Below are positions 61,901-64,000 of a stretch of DNA of 64,000 bases, piece by piece; the stretch's first letter is position 1; the number at the start of each line of letters is the position of its first letter. The DNA lies in the NCBI GenBank assembly GCA_051294375.1, contig CM119266.1:2783812-2847811 (forward strand), written 5' to 3'. Below the pieces are notes generated by a model. That model saw only the letters and a program-made list of their open reading frames with translations, made no database searches and was not told the origin of the DNA. The position numbers and the translations under genes are program-made. The DNA comes from Paraspadella gotoi (Eukaryota; Animalia; Chaetognatha).

Positions 61901-64000
61901 CGTTGTGGAGATGCTCCGTAAAAAGGAGCGACTTCCTTGCGTCATCTTCACCTTCTCCAAGAAGCGTTGCGACGACAACGCTTCTGCTTTGACCACCATC
62001 GATCTCACTACGAAGGAGGAGAAGAACGAGGTTCACGTCTTCTTTAACAAGAGGTGTTCTAACGGGGGGGCATTCTGCTACAGTGTCAGCATTTAACACT
62101 ACCGCTTTTAAATTTGTTACCATTCGTCGTTGTGACAACTTCTCCGTCTTACCACTTCTCTATGTAGCATATTACGGCTTCGTGTGAAGGCCGACCGTGA
62201 GCTGCCGCAAGTAAAGCACATGAGCGATTTGCTGAAGCGTGGCATCGGAGTTCATCACAGCGGAATCCTCCCCATCCTGAAGGAGGTCATCGAGATGCTT
62301 TTCCAAAAAGGTAAACAATTTAATTTTGTCACTTTATTATTTTATTTATTTAGTTATAATTATTTATTTATTATTTATATTCATTCTTACTTTGACAAGG
62401 CTTGGTGAAGATCCTCTTCGCGACGGAGACTTTCGCCATGGGAGTAAACATGCCCGCGCGAACTGTCGTCTACGATTCTCTGAAGAAGCACGATGGCACG
62501 GGGCTAAGATTCTTGCAGCCGGGCGAATACACGCAGATGGCGGGACGGGCCGGTCGACGAGGTGCGGAAAGCATTAGTCAAAAAAATTAAAAAAAAAAAA
62601 ACATGAAGTAATCGGAGTTAACAAAATTTTCATCGTTGTCTTTTCCCCTTAAGGTCTCGATAAGACCGGCATGGTGATCATCCTTTGCAAGGGCGACATC
62701 TACGAAGCTTCCGACTTGCACCGCGTCATGCTGGGCAAACCTTTCAAGCTTGAGTCTCAGTTCCGCCTAACCTATTCTATGATCCTCAACTTGCTGCGGG
62801 TGGAGCAACTTCGCGTGGAGGACATGATGAAGAGAAGCTTCTCCGAGTTTCACAATCAGCGGAAGAAGGGAGACTTTGAGGCCGCGCTGGAGAGCGTCAA
62901 GGAAAGGTGAGGTAGAAAGAAAAGTTAACGTGACATGTTTTGACATCAATTGACAACTTTTGTTAGTAGTCCGTCAAATAACTAAACTCCGAATAAAAAG
63001 TTCGATATCTAATTCATCTATATGCTATCTAATGTTTGTTTAATCAATATTTGATGGTGTCTAGGTTGGGCAATATCCACGAAGTCGACTGCCCCTGGTG
63101 CTCGTCGGACCTCGAGAACTACTATGTACTATGCGAAGAGTACGGACGCGAGCGTCGCTCGACCATGAGGCATCTCATGTTCTACTCTCACGTACATAAG
63201 ACTTTGGCGCATGGACGAGTCCTCGTCTTTAAGGGACCCAAGACCGATCCCGCCTTCGCCTATTCGCCCAGGCGCCTGCAGGTCGGGGTCATTCTTAACG
63301 CCTTCGGAGAGGCTTCCGCCAGGTGCACTTGGGAATGAGTCTCATCCGTTCCCCCCCCCCCATTTGAACGCTGATTATTGAGGTTCTTTCGGTTTCTACA
63401 CGCAGGATCCTATTATGCTGTTATTTTGTAAGAGGGATGGAGGCCTTCACCCACCAAGTCAAGGAGACCAGATAGATTGTTTGTTGAATGAAAGAACAAT
63501 TTTTATATATATATTGTGGACGCAACAAATAAGAGTAAGAATGATTTATTCTTCAACAAGGTTATAAACAATAACAGTCAAAAATGCTCAGATGCTAAGT
63601 ATATTACAATGGTATTTACAAGGTCAACGTTTGACCATAAAGAGATAGGGGGAAAACGATCGAGGGTAAGTTTGGTAAGGTCAATTGGTTTGACCGAGGT
63701 TGCGTGTCTTAGTTGTTCGTCCACAATATATTGGTTGTACAAAATTCATTGAGGAAAACCGGGACTATTTCTTGTACTCAGAAAATTTACCGTGTTAACC
63801 CTCGACGACGGAGAACCCTTGCCCCCCGACGAGGCCGTCGATGCCGATCGGGTAGAGCCCGTTCTGACTCCGAGTCTCTTCTATCCGAGCGACACGGTTT
63901 ATCATCGTCTCGTCATCGTCGCCGCCGACGACATCGTCACCATCTGCTTCAAGACGATCAAAGTCGAGAGCGACAAGATCATCGACAATGTCAAGAAGCG
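58909..64000 (+). CDS. SKIV2L: Ski2-like RNA helicase (SKI complex), 5' part; continues beyond the window
   Basis: [144 protein letters not shown]. Confidence 0.96.

Overview
Intron-rich animal (invertebrate-like) genomic DNA with GC-rich exons, AT-rich GT-AG introns and many microsatellites; the taxon cannot be fixed from sequence alone. Genes reconstructed by hand: UBE2QL1 (+); a classical-architecture calpain (-) that has lost its catalytic Cys and His and carries a complete SID-1/SIDT-family gene in one intron on the same strand; three tandem, highly divergent REEP/TB2-DP1-HVA22-like membrane-protein genes (-); a large F-box/LRR gene (+) with an archease gene (long N-terminal extension) nested in an intron on the same strand; an orphan gene ending in a PKG-type leucine zipper (-); a GT92 glycosyltransferase, AGXT and the 5' part of SKIV2L (+). 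Four intronic Penelope-like retroelement insertions have inverted termini, target-site duplications and six minimal hammerhead ribozyme motifs. Two of them are non-coding fold-back elements that flank the archease gene. Exon boundaries are manual, family calls rest on remembered motifs rather than database searches, and a few apparent frameshifts may be assembly errors.
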